From a virus: a DNA stretch of 64,000 nt. This document shows, piece after piece, positions 25,554 to 36,118 of the stretch; position 1 is the stretch's first letter, and each line of letters begins with the position of its first letter. Below the pieces are notes generated by a model. The model was not told where the DNA came from, made no database searches, and was given only the letters and a program-made list of their open reading frames with translations. Where the stretch lies: IMG/VR virus record IMGVR_UViG_3300042305_002088, positions 1 through 64,000 of that record. One strand, written 5' to 3'. Made by a program: the position numbers and the translations under genes.

Positions 25554-27202
25554 AAATTTCCATAGGTATTAACGGATTTAAAAATTATGAAACTCTTGAA
25601 AAGAGAGAAAAATTCTGTATTGACGCATTATTAAAAATAAAACAAGATAATGTAACCTTGTACAATATATGCTTCGATAATGAAAATATAGAGTATAAAA
25701 ACTTCACTACACTTAACAAACTTACAAAAAAATCTAATAAACTTATTCATGAATATTTTCAACATGAGGGTTTAACTAACGAATATAATCTTCGCAAACA
25801 AGAAATAGATAATAACAACAAAGAATTACCTACTGTTAAAGAAATTTTTGATGTACTAGCTAGTACAGACTGCGACTACTTTCTTTTCTTAAACAATGAT
25901 ATTATTTTATCGAATAGAATTTTTAAAGAAATTGAAGATGGTATAGAGTGTTACCCGATATCAAGAATGCATATCTTTGATATTGAAAACCTAAACGATA
26001 CACCGAAGCTTGAATCTTATTCAGTACACGGGTTTGATGCTTTTTTAGTTAAAAAAGAAACCTGGCTTAAAATTCGTAATAATTTTGAAGATTTAATTTT
26101 AGGGAGATTTTATTGGGATACATACTTTGCAACAATGTTTAACTTGCTCTGTAAATGTAAAAATATTAATAAATTACCTCCTGCTTGCTTTCATATAGAA
26201 CATAATAGTAACTCTAGTGATAATACAATTGAAAACTACTATAATGAAGATGTATTTAAACGCAATATGATAATAGGTCATTTATGGTTTAGTTATGTAC
26301 AAAATATTCTTCTAAAAAGACCGACTGTAAATAACTGTAAATGGTATCAACCGTTCCCTAACGAGTTAGAATTAGAAAAACAACACTTCGATCAATTAAA
26401 TCAAATACAGCTTGTTAACCCTAATTTTCAAAAACAGCAGGTAACCGAAAAGCAAGATTTTGATCTTTTTATACCAGTAGCTCCTAAAGATGAAATAAAA
26501 TTGCCATATGTTATTGAATATGCAAATAAACATCTCAAACATAAGAAAATTTTTGTCTGTTCTCCTCATTATATAACTAACAAAATTACTGATAGTAATA
26601 TTACATATATTAATGATAAAGATGTTCTTGATGTTCCAGACAGATCATTTATATCTTTTAGACCAAACTGGATATATCAACAATTTTTAAAACTCTTCTT
26701 TAATCAAAGTGAATCGGAATATTATTTTGCTCTCGATGCCGATACAATCATTACAAAATCACTCCCTTTATTTGAAAAAGAACACCCTATATGGTATTAT
26801 GGCTGGAAACAAAATCATTTTCCTTATTTCTTGTTTAACAAGAAGTTCTTTAATTTAAATAAATCCCTCGATCATACCGGTATAGGAGATCTAGGGCTTT
26901 TTAATAAAAAAATAATACAAACATTTTTAAACTATACCGGAACTGAAACACCTTTAAAGTTACTTAAAATGATAGGACCTAAAACTAATGTAGTATTTCA
27001 TTTTTCTGAGTATGAAACTTATGCCAATTTTTGTAATACATATTACCCCGATCTCTATGTTTTTAAACACCTAGAACAGCAAAACAGCGGTAGAGATTTA
27101 AATCAAGGTCAAGATTGGACACAAAAAGATATTATTACAACAATTGAAAATTATAAAAATTCAAATAAATCTATACTATCTCTCCATTCATGGAAACTAT
27201 AA
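25550..27202 (+). CDS. two-domain glycosyltransferase-like protein
   Basis: FLNNDII...GFDAF domain plus WIYQQFLKL...LDAD...FSEYETY domain. Confidence 0.65.
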   Translation: MKISIGINGFKNYETLEKREKFCIDALLKIKQDNVTLYNICFDNENIEYKNFTTLNKLTKKSNKLIHEYFQHEGLTNEYNLRKQEIDNNNKELPTVKEIFDVLASTDCDYFLFLNNDIILSNRIFKEIEDGIECYPISRMHIFDIENLNDTPKLESYSVHGFDAFLVKKETWLKIRNNFEDLILGRFYWDTYFATMFNLLCKCKNINKLPPACFHIEHNSNSSDNTIENYYNEDVFKRNMIIGHLWFSYVQNILLKRPTVNNCKWYQPFPNELELEKQHFDQLNQIQLVNPNFQKQQVTEKQDFDLFIPVAPKDEIKLPYVIEYANKHLKHKKIFVCSPHYITNKITDSNITYINDKDVLDVPDRSFISFRPNWIYQQFLKLFFNQSESEYYFALDADTIITKSLPLFEKEHPIWYYGWKQNHFPYFLFNKKFFNLNKSLDHTGIGDLGLFNKKIIQTFLNYTGTETPLKLLKMIGPKTNVVFHFSEYETYANFCNTYYPDLYVFKHLEQQNSGRDLNQGQDWTQKDIITTIENYKNSNKSILSLHSWKL

Positions 27203-28047
27203 AAACAATATACGTTCATTTAACATTTAAAAGTCTTCCTTTTTCGAAAGAATTGACAAATTCTGATTTTGTTTATAGCGAGGTACCAGCTTATACCTAT
27301 GTAAGCATAGAACAAACAAAAAAAGTTACAGATAGTGATTGTATTTTGCTAACTAACAATAATATTGATGAATATTACGATGATGTGCAAGAGTTTTTTG
27401 AACTTTGTAAAAATGGTTTTCCCTCCTTTTATAAGGACCCTTTTTGGTTACTAACACTTTTACGTCTGTACATAGTTTATCTTTATTGTGCTAAACATAA
27501 TATTAACAGTTTTGTGCATTTAGAAAATGATAACTTAGTTTATAAAAACTATGACTGTTTAAAAAAATTACCTGACGGTTGTTATTTTACAAAAGTAGGC
27601 CCTGAATGTGGTTCAGCAGGGTTTATGTTTTGCAATAATCTTGAAAGTTTTGAAATAGCAATTAACTGTTTAAAACATTTACTTAAAAAAGGGGAATATA
27701 ATATACGACCTTATACAGGTTACGACTTTTTATCTGAAATGATTTTAATAGATATATTAGTGAGAGGTAATAAAGCAAAATACCTACCGCTCACACCTAA
27801 TGATCAATACTACGATATAACTAATTGTGTTTTTGACGGCGCTTCTTACGGTCAATATATCGGTGGTACCAATAATAACCACGGCCCGGGCTGGTTTGGA
27901 TTAAACCACTACCTTGGCCAGCTATTCAATCAAAGTAGAGTTCAAATTATATTTGATAAAAACATCCCTTATACTATTATAGATAATACAAAAGCAGATA
28001 TTTTTAACCTGCATATTCATAGTAAACAATTACAAAAATATGTATAA
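27190..28047 (+). CDS. glycosyltransferase-like protein
   Basis: HLENDNL, FDGASYGQYIGG, NLHIHSK. Confidence 0.6.
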   Translation: METIKTIYVHLTFKSLPFSKELTNSDFVYSEVPAYTYVSIEQTKKVTDSDCILLTNNNIDEYYDDVQEFFELCKNGFPSFYKDPFWLLTLLRLYIVYLYCAKHNINSFVHLENDNLVYKNYDCLKKLPDGCYFTKVGPECGSAGFMFCNNLESFEIAINCLKHLLKKGEYNIRPYTGYDFLSEMILIDILVRGNKAKYLPLTPNDQYYDITNCVFDGASYGQYIGGTNNNHGPGWFGLNHYLGQLFNQSRVQIIFDKNIPYTIIDNTKADIFNLHIHSKQLQKYV

Positions 28048-28645
28048 TGTTGATCAGACAATTCGCAAAAGACCTTACCTCCTTATAAAGGAAGCACTAA
28101 GTAATTTATCTATTACGAGTTCTACTATAGTAGAAATTGGGTCAATGAGAAAACCATGTAACCATGATTTAGATACTTTCAATCATGAATGTTGCAACGA
28201 TGGTCATAGTTCTTTACTTTTAGCTCGAGCTGCAAAAGAGTTTCATACTGTAGATATTGACATGGAGTGTGCAAAACTAACCCGCTCCGAATTGAAAAAA
28301 CATAATCTATGGTCAAAGTCAAATGTGTATTGTGGAGACGGTATAATGTTTTTAAAAGATTTTGATAAACCGATAGACTTTCTATATCTAGATGCTTGGG
28401 ATGTTGAATATCCTAATCATGCAGAAATGCATCTTGAAGCATTTAAAATTGCTGAAAATAAACTTAATGAAAAATCGGTTATACTAATAGACGATACAGA
28501 TATTGGTTACAGCCTTGAAAAAGGGTTTCACAATGATGAAGAATGTTTAGGCGGAAAGGGTAGATTATTAATCCCGTTCTTGCAGCAGAAAGATAATTTT
28601 AAATTACTTTTTAAAGGTAGACAAACCTGCTTTATAAAAAAATAA
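28040..28645 (+). CDS. class I SAM-dependent methyltransferase
   Basis: IVEIGS, IDFLYLDA, ILIDD. Confidence 0.8.
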   Translation: MYNVDQTIRKRPYLLIKEALSNLSITSSTIVEIGSMRKPCNHDLDTFNHECCNDGHSSLLLARAAKEFHTVDIDMECAKLTRSELKKHNLWSKSNVYCGDGIMFLKDFDKPIDFLYLDAWDVEYPNHAEMHLEAFKIAENKLNEKSVILIDDTDIGYSLEKGFHNDEECLGGKGRLLIPFLQQKDNFKLLFKGRQTCFIKK

Positions 28646-28646
28646 T

Positions 28647-29345
28647 ATGAATAACCCTTTTAACTTTTTTGATAAAATATTTTGTATTAATTTAAAAACT
28701 CGCCCAGACCGGTGGCAAGAGTGTTTAGGTATATTTGAACAACTAAAGATTCAAAATAAAGTTGAAAGGTTTGAAGCTGTAGATTTATCTAATGATACTT
28801 CGATTATAGAGATGCATCGAGGTCGTTGTGGCTGTGCACAATCACATTTGGATATTATAAAAGACGCTAAAAAAAATAACTATCAAAATATTTTAATTTT
28901 TGAAGATGATATAAAACTACATTCTGATACCGAAACATTGTTTAGCGTTATGTCAGAGAGTATAAAAGAATTACCACCTGATTGGGAAATTTTTTACCCT
29001 TCAGCAAATCCTCCAAACCATTGGGAAAGTCTTACTAACTATAGCAAAAATTTATGTCAGGTAAAAGCTGCTTTTACGACCCATAGTATTGCAATAAACG
29101 GTAATATTTTTGATCTTTTATTAGAACGATTTAATAGCTATGGCGATGTTAATAACTTCATCCATAGAGCTGTAGCTGTTGATAATTTTTATACAGAATC
29201 AGCATGTAGTAGGGGTAAAGTATTTTTATCTAAAAAACTTCTATTTACCCAAAGAAACAATTACTCAAATATCGATTTGTGCGATAGAGATATTAATAAT
29301 ATTATTATCACTACTTACACACAAAACCCGTTATTAGAACCATAA
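28647..29345 (+). CDS. GT25 family glycosyltransferase
   Basis: CINLKTRPDR, GCAQSH, LIFEDD. Confidence 0.88.
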   Translation: MNNPFNFFDKIFCINLKTRPDRWQECLGIFEQLKIQNKVERFEAVDLSNDTSIIEMHRGRCGCAQSHLDIIKDAKKNNYQNILIFEDDIKLHSDTETLFSVMSESIKELPPDWEIFYPSANPPNHWESLTNYSKNLCQVKAAFTTHSIAINGNIFDLLLERFNSYGDVNNFIHRAVAVDNFYTESACSRGKVFLSKKLLFTQRNNYSNIDLCDRDINNIIITTYTQNPLLEP

Positions 29346-29346
29346 T

Positions 29347-30015
29347 ATGGAAAATATTACTGCAGTTTTTACGTCTTGTGGTCGTTGGGATTTGTTAGAA
29401 CGAACGCTTACATCATTTATAAATACTGTTTCGTCGCCAGATATAAAATATATTGTTATTGATAATTCAACTCTTGCTACTGCTAATGATGAGATCAATA
29501 AAATACTTGATAAAAATAAAACTAAAGGACAGGTCATTATTAATGAAACCAATATCGGTCAAGTATCATCTATAGACAAAGCATACTCATTTGTTAAGAC
29601 AGACTACATTTTTCATAGTGAGGATGATTGGTTTTATACAGGGAGTAATTACCTTGAGCAATCCTTAGACGTTTTGTGTAGTGTGCCACAGATCGTAAAT
29701 GTAAATATACGGGCAAGGTTCGATGGAGAAAAAGGCGGTGATGCCCCTATAGGGCCACTTTTACAAACCTCTAAAGGAACAAAATATCACTTATATGAAC
29801 TAAACTACCTTAATATGTGGCACGGTTTTAGCTGGAACCCTGGATTACGTAAAACATTAGACTATAATATTATAGGTAGAAGTTATAAAAAAATAGGACA
29901 AGAGCAGCACGTGGGCCAAGTTTATAAAGATCTAGGTTATCGAGCTGCATGCCTAGAAGGCCAATATGCTAAACATATCGGTACAAATAGTTCTACACCA
30001 CTTTCTAATCAGTAA
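29347..30015 (+). CDS. GT2-like glycosyltransferase
   Basis: TSCGRWDLL, FHSEDDW, FSWNPGL. Confidence 0.8.
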   Translation: MENITAVFTSCGRWDLLERTLTSFINTVSSPDIKYIVIDNSTLATANDEINKILDKNKTKGQVIINETNIGQVSSIDKAYSFVKTDYIFHSEDDWFYTGSNYLEQSLDVLCSVPQIVNVNIRARFDGEKGGDAPIGPLLQTSKGTKYHLYELNYLNMWHGFSWNPGLRKTLDYNIIGRSYKKIGQEQHVGQVYKDLGYRAACLEGQYAKHIGTNSSTPLSNQ

Positions 30016-30018
30016 AAT

Positions 30019-30657
30019 ATGAGTAGTTTTAATATTAACAAAGCTAAAGAAATAATAAATGATGCTGAAAATATAATCATTTTTGATATTGGAGCACACA
30101 ATTTTGAAGATTCAAAAATATTAAAATCTGCTTTTCCAAATTCAGTTGTTTATGCATTTGAGCCTGACATTAAAAATATACAATATTATTCCTCTTCAGC
30201 AGAACAATACGGGGTAAAAGTAATTAATCTCGCCTTATCAGACAGTACAGGTGAAACAACCTTTTACAATAGTGAAACACTTAACGGCTGTGAATGGCTT
30301 TGCTCTGGCTCTATCTTAAAACCAATAACTATAAAAAATACTAATGAAGGTTTAAACCATAAAGGGTTATTATATAATTTAACGGGTTATAAAATACAAA
30401 CAACAACTTTTAAAGATTTTTGCGATGCTCAAAACATATCACCAACTATAGTACATATGGACGTACAAGGAGCTGAAACAAAAATTATGAAAGGAATAGG
30501 TAATTATAGACCTAAAATAATTTTTGCCGAAACTTGCGAATTTGATACATATGAAACAGGAACAAATATACAGCAATTTGATTCAATTATGGAAGATTTA
30601 GGTTATAAAATTTGGGAAAGGTTACAGTATGATACGTTTTATGTTTATAGTAGATAA
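30019..30657 (+). CDS. FkbM family methyltransferase
   Basis: FDIGAH, AFEPD, MDVQGAE. Confidence 0.88.
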   Translation: MSSFNINKAKEIINDAENIIIFDIGAHNFEDSKILKSAFPNSVVYAFEPDIKNIQYYSSSAEQYGVKVINLALSDSTGETTFYNSETLNGCEWLCSGSILKPITIKNTNEGLNHKGLLYNLTGYKIQTTTFKDFCDAQNISPTIVHMDVQGAETKIMKGIGNYRPKIIFAETCEFDTYETGTNIQQFDSIMEDLGYKIWERLQYDTFYVYSR

Positions 30658-30689
30658 ATGATTTTTATTCTATATAATATGTTTTATTA

Positions 30690-31637
30690 ATGAAAACAGT
30701 ACTAATAACAGGGGGAAGTGGGTTTTTAGGTCGTAATCTTGCATTACATTTAAAAGACTCATATAAAGTTTTTTTAGCGTCTCGTAACAACAAACAAAAT
30801 ATTTTAGCTTCTAAGGTTACAGGGTGTGAGTCTTTACCTCTAGATGTAGCAAATATTGAATCGGTAAGAGATGCTATTAAACTTACTAAACCGAATATTA
30901 TTATTCATGCTGCAGCTACAAAATTTGTAGATCTATCAGAAAAATATCCTAACGAAACTATCGATATTAACGTAACCGGCTCACAAAATGTTGCTCGAGT
31001 TGCAATGGAAAATGATGTTGAGTATGTTTTAGGAATATCTACTGATAAAGCATGCCCGCCCATTAGAAATATTTACGGTCTATCGAAGGCAACAATGGAG
31101 CGTCTTTTTTGTCTACTTAACAAAAAAGCAAACACCCAATTTGCATGCGTGAGATATGGTAATGTGGCATGGTCAACTGGCTCGGTACTTCCAATTTGGA
31201 AAAAAATGCATGAAGAAACAGGCCTACTACAAACCACTGGACCTGAGATGAGAAGATTTTTCTTTTCTATACAAGACGCTGTAAATCTTGTTATAACTGC
31301 AATTGATAATAAAGATATTATTCATGGACAGGTATTATCACGTGTAATGAAGTCTGCTCAAATACAAGATATTTTAGACGTCTGGACAAAGCATTTAGGG
31401 GGTAAGTGGGAAAGAATTGCAGGTCGACCTGGTGAAAGAGATGACGAGTTTTTAGTTGGAGAGACTGAACTGAATTATTGTCAGGTTATTAACTTTAATA
31501 ACATTAAGCATTTTCTTCTTAGTCCAAACACTAAAGTAGAAACCCCATACCCAAACATCTTTACATCTAAAGAGGCAGAAAGATTGTCAGAAGCAGAAAT
31601 ATTAGAGTTATTAAACTCTGTACCTGATATTTTATAA
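30690..31637 (+). CDS. NDP-sugar 4,6-dehydratase (PseB/CapD-like)
   Basis: GGSGFLG, HAAATK, STDKA, YGLSK, VRYGNV. Confidence 0.88.
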   Translation: MKTVLITGGSGFLGRNLALHLKDSYKVFLASRNNKQNILASKVTGCESLPLDVANIESVRDAIKLTKPNIIIHAAATKFVDLSEKYPNETIDINVTGSQNVARVAMENDVEYVLGISTDKACPPIRNIYGLSKATMERLFCLLNKKANTQFACVRYGNVAWSTGSVLPIWKKMHEETGLLQTTGPEMRRFFFSIQDAVNLVITAIDNKDIIHGQVLSRVMKSAQIQDILDVWTKHLGGKWERIAGRPGERDDEFLVGETELNYCQVINFNNIKHFLLSPNTKVETPYPNIFTSKEAERLSEAEILELLNSVPDIL

Positions 31638-32284
31638 TGTTCAAGTACGCGGTAATATATGCCGGTGGAGAAGGTACAAGAATGCTACCTCTCACACAGT
31701 ATATACCTAAAGGGCTTATACAAATTAAAGGAAAATCTTTGATAGATTATGTTATAGATTTTTTAAGACAAAACGGTATTGAACAAATATATGTCACTTA
31801 CTCTTATAAAAGTGAACAAATTTTAACATATCTAAAAGATAAAGTTAACGGCTTTATAAACACCACTAATAAAGATAATTCATATTTTTTATATAATAGT
31901 TTTGCAAAATATATAAATGAACCGATAGTGTGCATGCCTTGTGATATTATAGTTAATTTAGATCTTAAAAGAGTCTATAATACCTATACTCAATCACAGA
32001 ACCCCGTACACGCTATTATACCCGTAAACGTTAAACAAGGAATTAGCGGAGATTACATAACTTCATCCGGTAACCATATAACTAAGCTAGATAGGGATAA
32101 AAATACAGGCATATATTCAAGTGGTATACAAATTATAAACCCCGCTCTTTTAAACGAGATAACTAAACCGGTGAATAATTTTTGCGAAGTGTGGGACCAA
32201 CTTATTAAACTTAATAAATTACATTTAATAGATATTAAGCCAGAAGTTTGGAGCGCATACGATAATATTAATGACATAGTATGA
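31637..32284 (+). CDS. sugar-phosphate nucleotidyltransferase
   Basis: AGGEGTRMLPLTQYIPK. Confidence 0.85.
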   Translation: MFKYAVIYAGGEGTRMLPLTQYIPKGLIQIKGKSLIDYVIDFLRQNGIEQIYVTYSYKSEQILTYLKDKVNGFINTTNKDNSYFLYNSFAKYINEPIVCMPCDIIVNLDLKRVYNTYTQSQNPVHAIIPVNVKQGISGDYITSSGNHITKLDRDKNTGIYSSGIQIINPALLNEITKPVNNFCEVWDQLIKLNKLHLIDIKPEVWSAYDNINDIV

Positions 32285-33105
32285 AAGAGTGGTCGATTAG
32301 AGATAGTATGTTCTCTCATGCATTTTCAACAAGTAATTGGTTTAAGCCTACTCACTTTAAATGGAATTTTAAAGACGTACAAGGAAGTTTTGTTTTTTTA
32401 ACCGACCGTAATTTACACGAAGTTGAACATATTAAGGGTGTTAAAAAGTATGCTTGGTTAATAGAATCCCCGCACATAACACCGGATTCATATAATTTTG
32501 TAAATAATAATCCTAATCTATTTGACAAAATATTCACTCATTCTAAAAAAATATTACAACATAGCAACGCGCACTTAGTACCCGTAGGTGGCTGTCATTT
32601 AGATGAAAATGAAATTGCACTTTACAGTAACAAAACAAAACTTATTTCTATGATGTACTCTGATAAAAAGTATACACCGGGGCATATCTTAAGACATAAA
32701 ATTGCTGCAAGTGAGTGTGCTAACTACGTAGATATAATGGGCAGCGGGAAATCCGGCCATCATGTTAAAAAAATTGAATCATGCAAAGATTATAAGTTTT
32801 CAGTAGTTGTAGAGAACTGTAAAGAAGATTTTTATTTCACTGAAAAAATTATAGACTGCTTTTTAAGCGGCACTATCCCTATATATTGGGGATGTCCTTC
32901 AATAGGTAACTTTTTTAATACCAAAGGATTTTATCAATTTGATAGTTTAGATGAGCTATTTAACATCGTAAACGCATCGCAAACCTTGCATCACTTTTAC
33001 AAAAATAATAAACATATAATAGAAGAAAACTATAACAAAGCCCTTTTATATAAAATAGGGGAAGACTATCTTTATAACAATTATCAAAAACTTATTGAAG
33101 AATGA
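32281..33105 (+). CDS. GT10 (fucosyltransferase-like) glycosyltransferase
   Basis: YKFSVVVEN...YFTEKIIDCF..GTIPIYWG. Confidence 0.85.
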   Translation: MKEWSIRDSMFSHAFSTSNWFKPTHFKWNFKDVQGSFVFLTDRNLHEVEHIKGVKKYAWLIESPHITPDSYNFVNNNPNLFDKIFTHSKKILQHSNAHLVPVGGCHLDENEIALYSNKTKLISMMYSDKKYTPGHILRHKIAASECANYVDIMGSGKSGHHVKKIESCKDYKFSVVVENCKEDFYFTEKIIDCFLSGTIPIYWGCPSIGNFFNTKGFYQFDSLDELFNIVNASQTLHHFYKNNKHIIEENYNKALLYKIGEDYLYNNYQKLIEE

Positions 33106-33797
33106 AAATAGCTATCTGTATATCAGGACAACCGAGATGTTTTAAACAAGGATTCGAGTCCCTTTCTAAAAATATACTTAATAACTACAACAATTGTGAT
33201 ATTTTTATACATACATGGTTTACGAACGAGTTAGTAGGAACAACCTTTGATACCACTCATCAAGGCTCTCGGGCTAAAGTGGGAAAGTATGAGTCAAACA
33301 CAATTGAACAAATTTTAGAACTTTTTAAACCTAAAAGCTTTTTAGTTGATAAACCAAAGACTTTTAGTTGGGATATACCATTCACCCCTAATAACTTAAG
33401 AGATGGAGTACAACCTAATAATGTGTACTCTATGTTTTACTCTATTTATAAATCTATACAGTTAAAAACTGAATACGAAAGAGTAGATAATATTAAATAC
33501 GACGTTGTTGTTAGAACACGCTTCGATCTTTCTTTATCTGAGCCGCTATTGTTTGAAACCTATAATTTAAACACAATTGTAGCACCTCAATCTAATAATA
33601 CAAATGTTGTTTATGATATACTCGGATTTAGTAATTCAAGTAATATGAATCATTACGGCAACACTTTTATCAATATTAAAGACGTTTGGTCTCCCGATAA
33701 ACACTTTATTGGAGAACAATTACTTACCGATAATATCAAAAAATATAATATACCCGTAACACCGATAAGCTATAGAGCTGACTTATATAGAGTATGA
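33102..33797 (+). CDS. glycosyltransferase-like protein
   Basis: KIAICISGQPR, FIHTW, SMFYS, YDVVVRTRFD. Confidence 0.65.
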   Translation: MKIAICISGQPRCFKQGFESLSKNILNNYNNCDIFIHTWFTNELVGTTFDTTHQGSRAKVGKYESNTIEQILELFKPKSFLVDKPKTFSWDIPFTPNNLRDGVQPNNVYSMFYSIYKSIQLKTEYERVDNIKYDVVVRTRFDLSLSEPLLFETYNLNTIVAPQSNNTNVVYDILGFSNSSNMNHYGNTFINIKDVWSPDKHFIGEQLLTDNIKKYNIPVTPISYRADLYRV

Positions 33798-35170
33798 AAA
33801 TTAAATTAGTAATTTTTGATCTCGATGGAGTACTCGTAGATGCAAAACAAATACACTATCAAGCACTTAATACTGCAATTAAAAACATAGCTGGCCCACA
33901 ATATACTATTTCTCTTGAAGAGCATCTACACATTTATGACGGGCTTAAAACGTATCAAAAACTGGACCTACTCACACAAAATAAAAATTTAGATAAAGAG
34001 TTACATAAAAAAATTTGGGATAATAAACAAGAGATTACCCTTCACTGTTTTCGTAAAATTGAACCTAACCCAAATATAATTACCATTTTTGAATTTTTAA
34101 AGGAAAGAAATATTTTAATTGCGTGTTGCTCCAATTCTATTAAGCGCACGGTTTTGCTGGCCCTTTCAAAACTCAATATTATTGAATATTTTAATTTTAT
34201 TGTATCTAATGAAGACGTTAAACACGCAAAACCGCACCCTGAAATTTATTGGAAAGCCATGGCTTCAGCAGGGGTACTACCGGAAGAAACTTTAATAGTA
34301 GAGGACTCTCCACCAGGTCTTCTAGGGGCCTCCCGTACGAGAGCAAATATTCTTCGTGTAAAAGATACAAATGATTTGACATATGAAAAGTTTATTATAA
34401 AATGTCATACTAGCAAAAATATGCAAATGGTACCAAAATGGCAGGATGACAAATTAAACGTGCTTATACCGATGGCGGGTGCAGGATCTCGTTTTGAGCA
34501 GTCCGGTTACACCTTTCCAAAGCCTCTCATAGATGTTAATGGTAGACCTATGATTCAAGTAATAGTTGAGAACCTTAATATTGATGCGAATTTTATTTTT
34601 GTTGTTCGCAGAGAACATAGACAGAAGTATAATTTAGACTCTGTTCTTAACCTTATAGCCCCAAATTGTAAAATTGTTGAAACTGACGGTCTAACAGAAG
34701 GTGCTGCTTGCACAGTGCTTCTCGCAAAACAATATATCAACAACGATTCACCTCTAATTCTTGCTAATTCGGATCAATTCGTTGAATGGAATTCAAACGA
34801 GTTCATGTATAAAATGCATGAACAAAATCTCGATGGCGGTATTTTATCCTTTGAGTCCACTCACCCCAAATGGTCGTACGCTAAAACAGACAATAACGGT
34901 TTTGTCACTGAGGTGGCTGAAAAGAATCCTATATCTAACCTCGCTACTGTTGGAATATACTATTGGAAACACGGTAAGGATTTTGTAAAATACGCTGAAA
35001 CAATGATTAATAAAAATATTCGAGTTAATAATGAGTTTTATGTCTGCCCGGTGTTTAACGAGGCGATTATTGATAATAAAAAAATTAAAACTTACAATGT
35101 TGAAAAAATGTGGGGAATTGGCACCCCTGAAGATCTAAAAACATTTTTAAACAGCAAAAAGGATGTCTAA
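33794..35170 (+). CDS. fused HAD phosphatase and nucleotidyltransferase
   Basis: FDLDGVL, KPHPE and VEDS, then IPMAGAGSRF, PKPLI and GTPEDL. Confidence 0.85.
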   Translation: MKIKLVIFDLDGVLVDAKQIHYQALNTAIKNIAGPQYTISLEEHLHIYDGLKTYQKLDLLTQNKNLDKELHKKIWDNKQEITLHCFRKIEPNPNIITIFEFLKERNILIACCSNSIKRTVLLALSKLNIIEYFNFIVSNEDVKHAKPHPEIYWKAMASAGVLPEETLIVEDSPPGLLGASRTRANILRVKDTNDLTYEKFIIKCHTSKNMQMVPKWQDDKLNVLIPMAGAGSRFEQSGYTFPKPLIDVNGRPMIQVIVENLNIDANFIFVVRREHRQKYNLDSVLNLIAPNCKIVETDGLTEGAACTVLLAKQYINNDSPLILANSDQFVEWNSNEFMYKMHEQNLDGGILSFESTHPKWSYAKTDNNGFVTEVAEKNPISNLATVGIYYWKHGKDFVKYAETMINKNIRVNNEFYVCPVFNEAIIDNKKIKTYNVEKMWGIGTPEDLKTFLNSKKDV

Positions 35171-35618
35171 ACTAATTTCCCATCGCGGTAATTTAACAGG
35201 GCCAGATACTTCTGTAGAAAATGTTCCCGAGCAGATTGATATTGCATTGAAAGCAGGCTATGATGTTGAAGTTGATATTTTTTTGCAAAAACAAAAATAC
35301 TATTTAGGTCACGATGAACCCCAATACCCTATTGATATACAGTGGCTAGTAAAACGAAAAAATAAACTTTGGTTACATTGTAAAAATATATATGCACTTG
35401 AAAGTTTTTTAGAGTTTGATTTTAACTACTTTTGGCATCAACAAGATGACTTTACATTAACATCTAAAAATTTTATTTGGACTTATCCAAATAAACTACT
35501 AACCGGAAAAAGCATATGTGTGCTACCTGAACAAGGTTTTAACGGCGATATTAATAATTGTGCTGGTGTATGTACAGATTTTATTTTAAATAAAACATGG
35601 AATCGCAATCTCAAATAG
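35163..35618 (+). CDS. GDPD/PI-PLC-like phosphodiesterase
   Basis: ISHRGN, VEVDI, LGHD, WLHCKN. Confidence 0.75.
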   Translation: MSKLISHRGNLTGPDTSVENVPEQIDIALKAGYDVEVDIFLQKQKYYLGHDEPQYPIDIQWLVKRKNKLWLHCKNIYALESFLEFDFNYFWHQQDDFTLTSKNFIWTYPNKLLTGKSICVLPEQGFNGDINNCAGVCTDFILNKTWNRNLK

Positions 35619-36118
35619 GACAAGACCAGTTTGTTCTAACAACATTAAATTATATCCGTAATGGCGTTTTTGTAGATATTGGTTGTGAGAGACCTAAAAC
35701 TATAAGCAATACATATCTACTCGAGAATGATTATGACTGGACTGGGTTAGCAATTGATCTTATTGACTTTAAAGAGGCAAACGGTGAAACGTGGGAACAG
35801 TTAAGACCTAAATCAAAACATATTATAGAGAACGCTCTATCGATTGATTATACATCTCTTTTTGAAGAGAATAAATTACCAAACGTCATCGATTATTTGA
35901 GCATTGATCTTGAGCCACCACAAATTACTTTAGAGTGTTTATTTAAAATACCCTTCGACAAATACAAGTTTAAATGTGTTACCTTCGAAACAGACGAGTA
36001 TCGAGAAGGCGGTCAACAGCGTAAAGAAATATCAAGGTCCTTTATGAAAGAAAAAGGGTATACATTTATTAAAAATATGAATTCTCAGGATGACTTTTAT
36101 ATCTTGGAAAATCTATAA
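35597..36118 (+). CDS. FkbM-like methyltransferase
   Basis: SQIGQD, FVDIG, SNTYLLE, IDYLSID. Confidence 0.8.
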   Translation: MESQSQIGQDQFVLTTLNYIRNGVFVDIGCERPKTISNTYLLENDYDWTGLAIDLIDFKEANGETWEQLRPKSKHIIENALSIDYTSLFEENKLPNVIDYLSIDLEPPQITLECLFKIPFDKYKFKCVTFETDEYREGGQQRKEISRSFMKEKGYTFIKNMNSQDDFYILENL

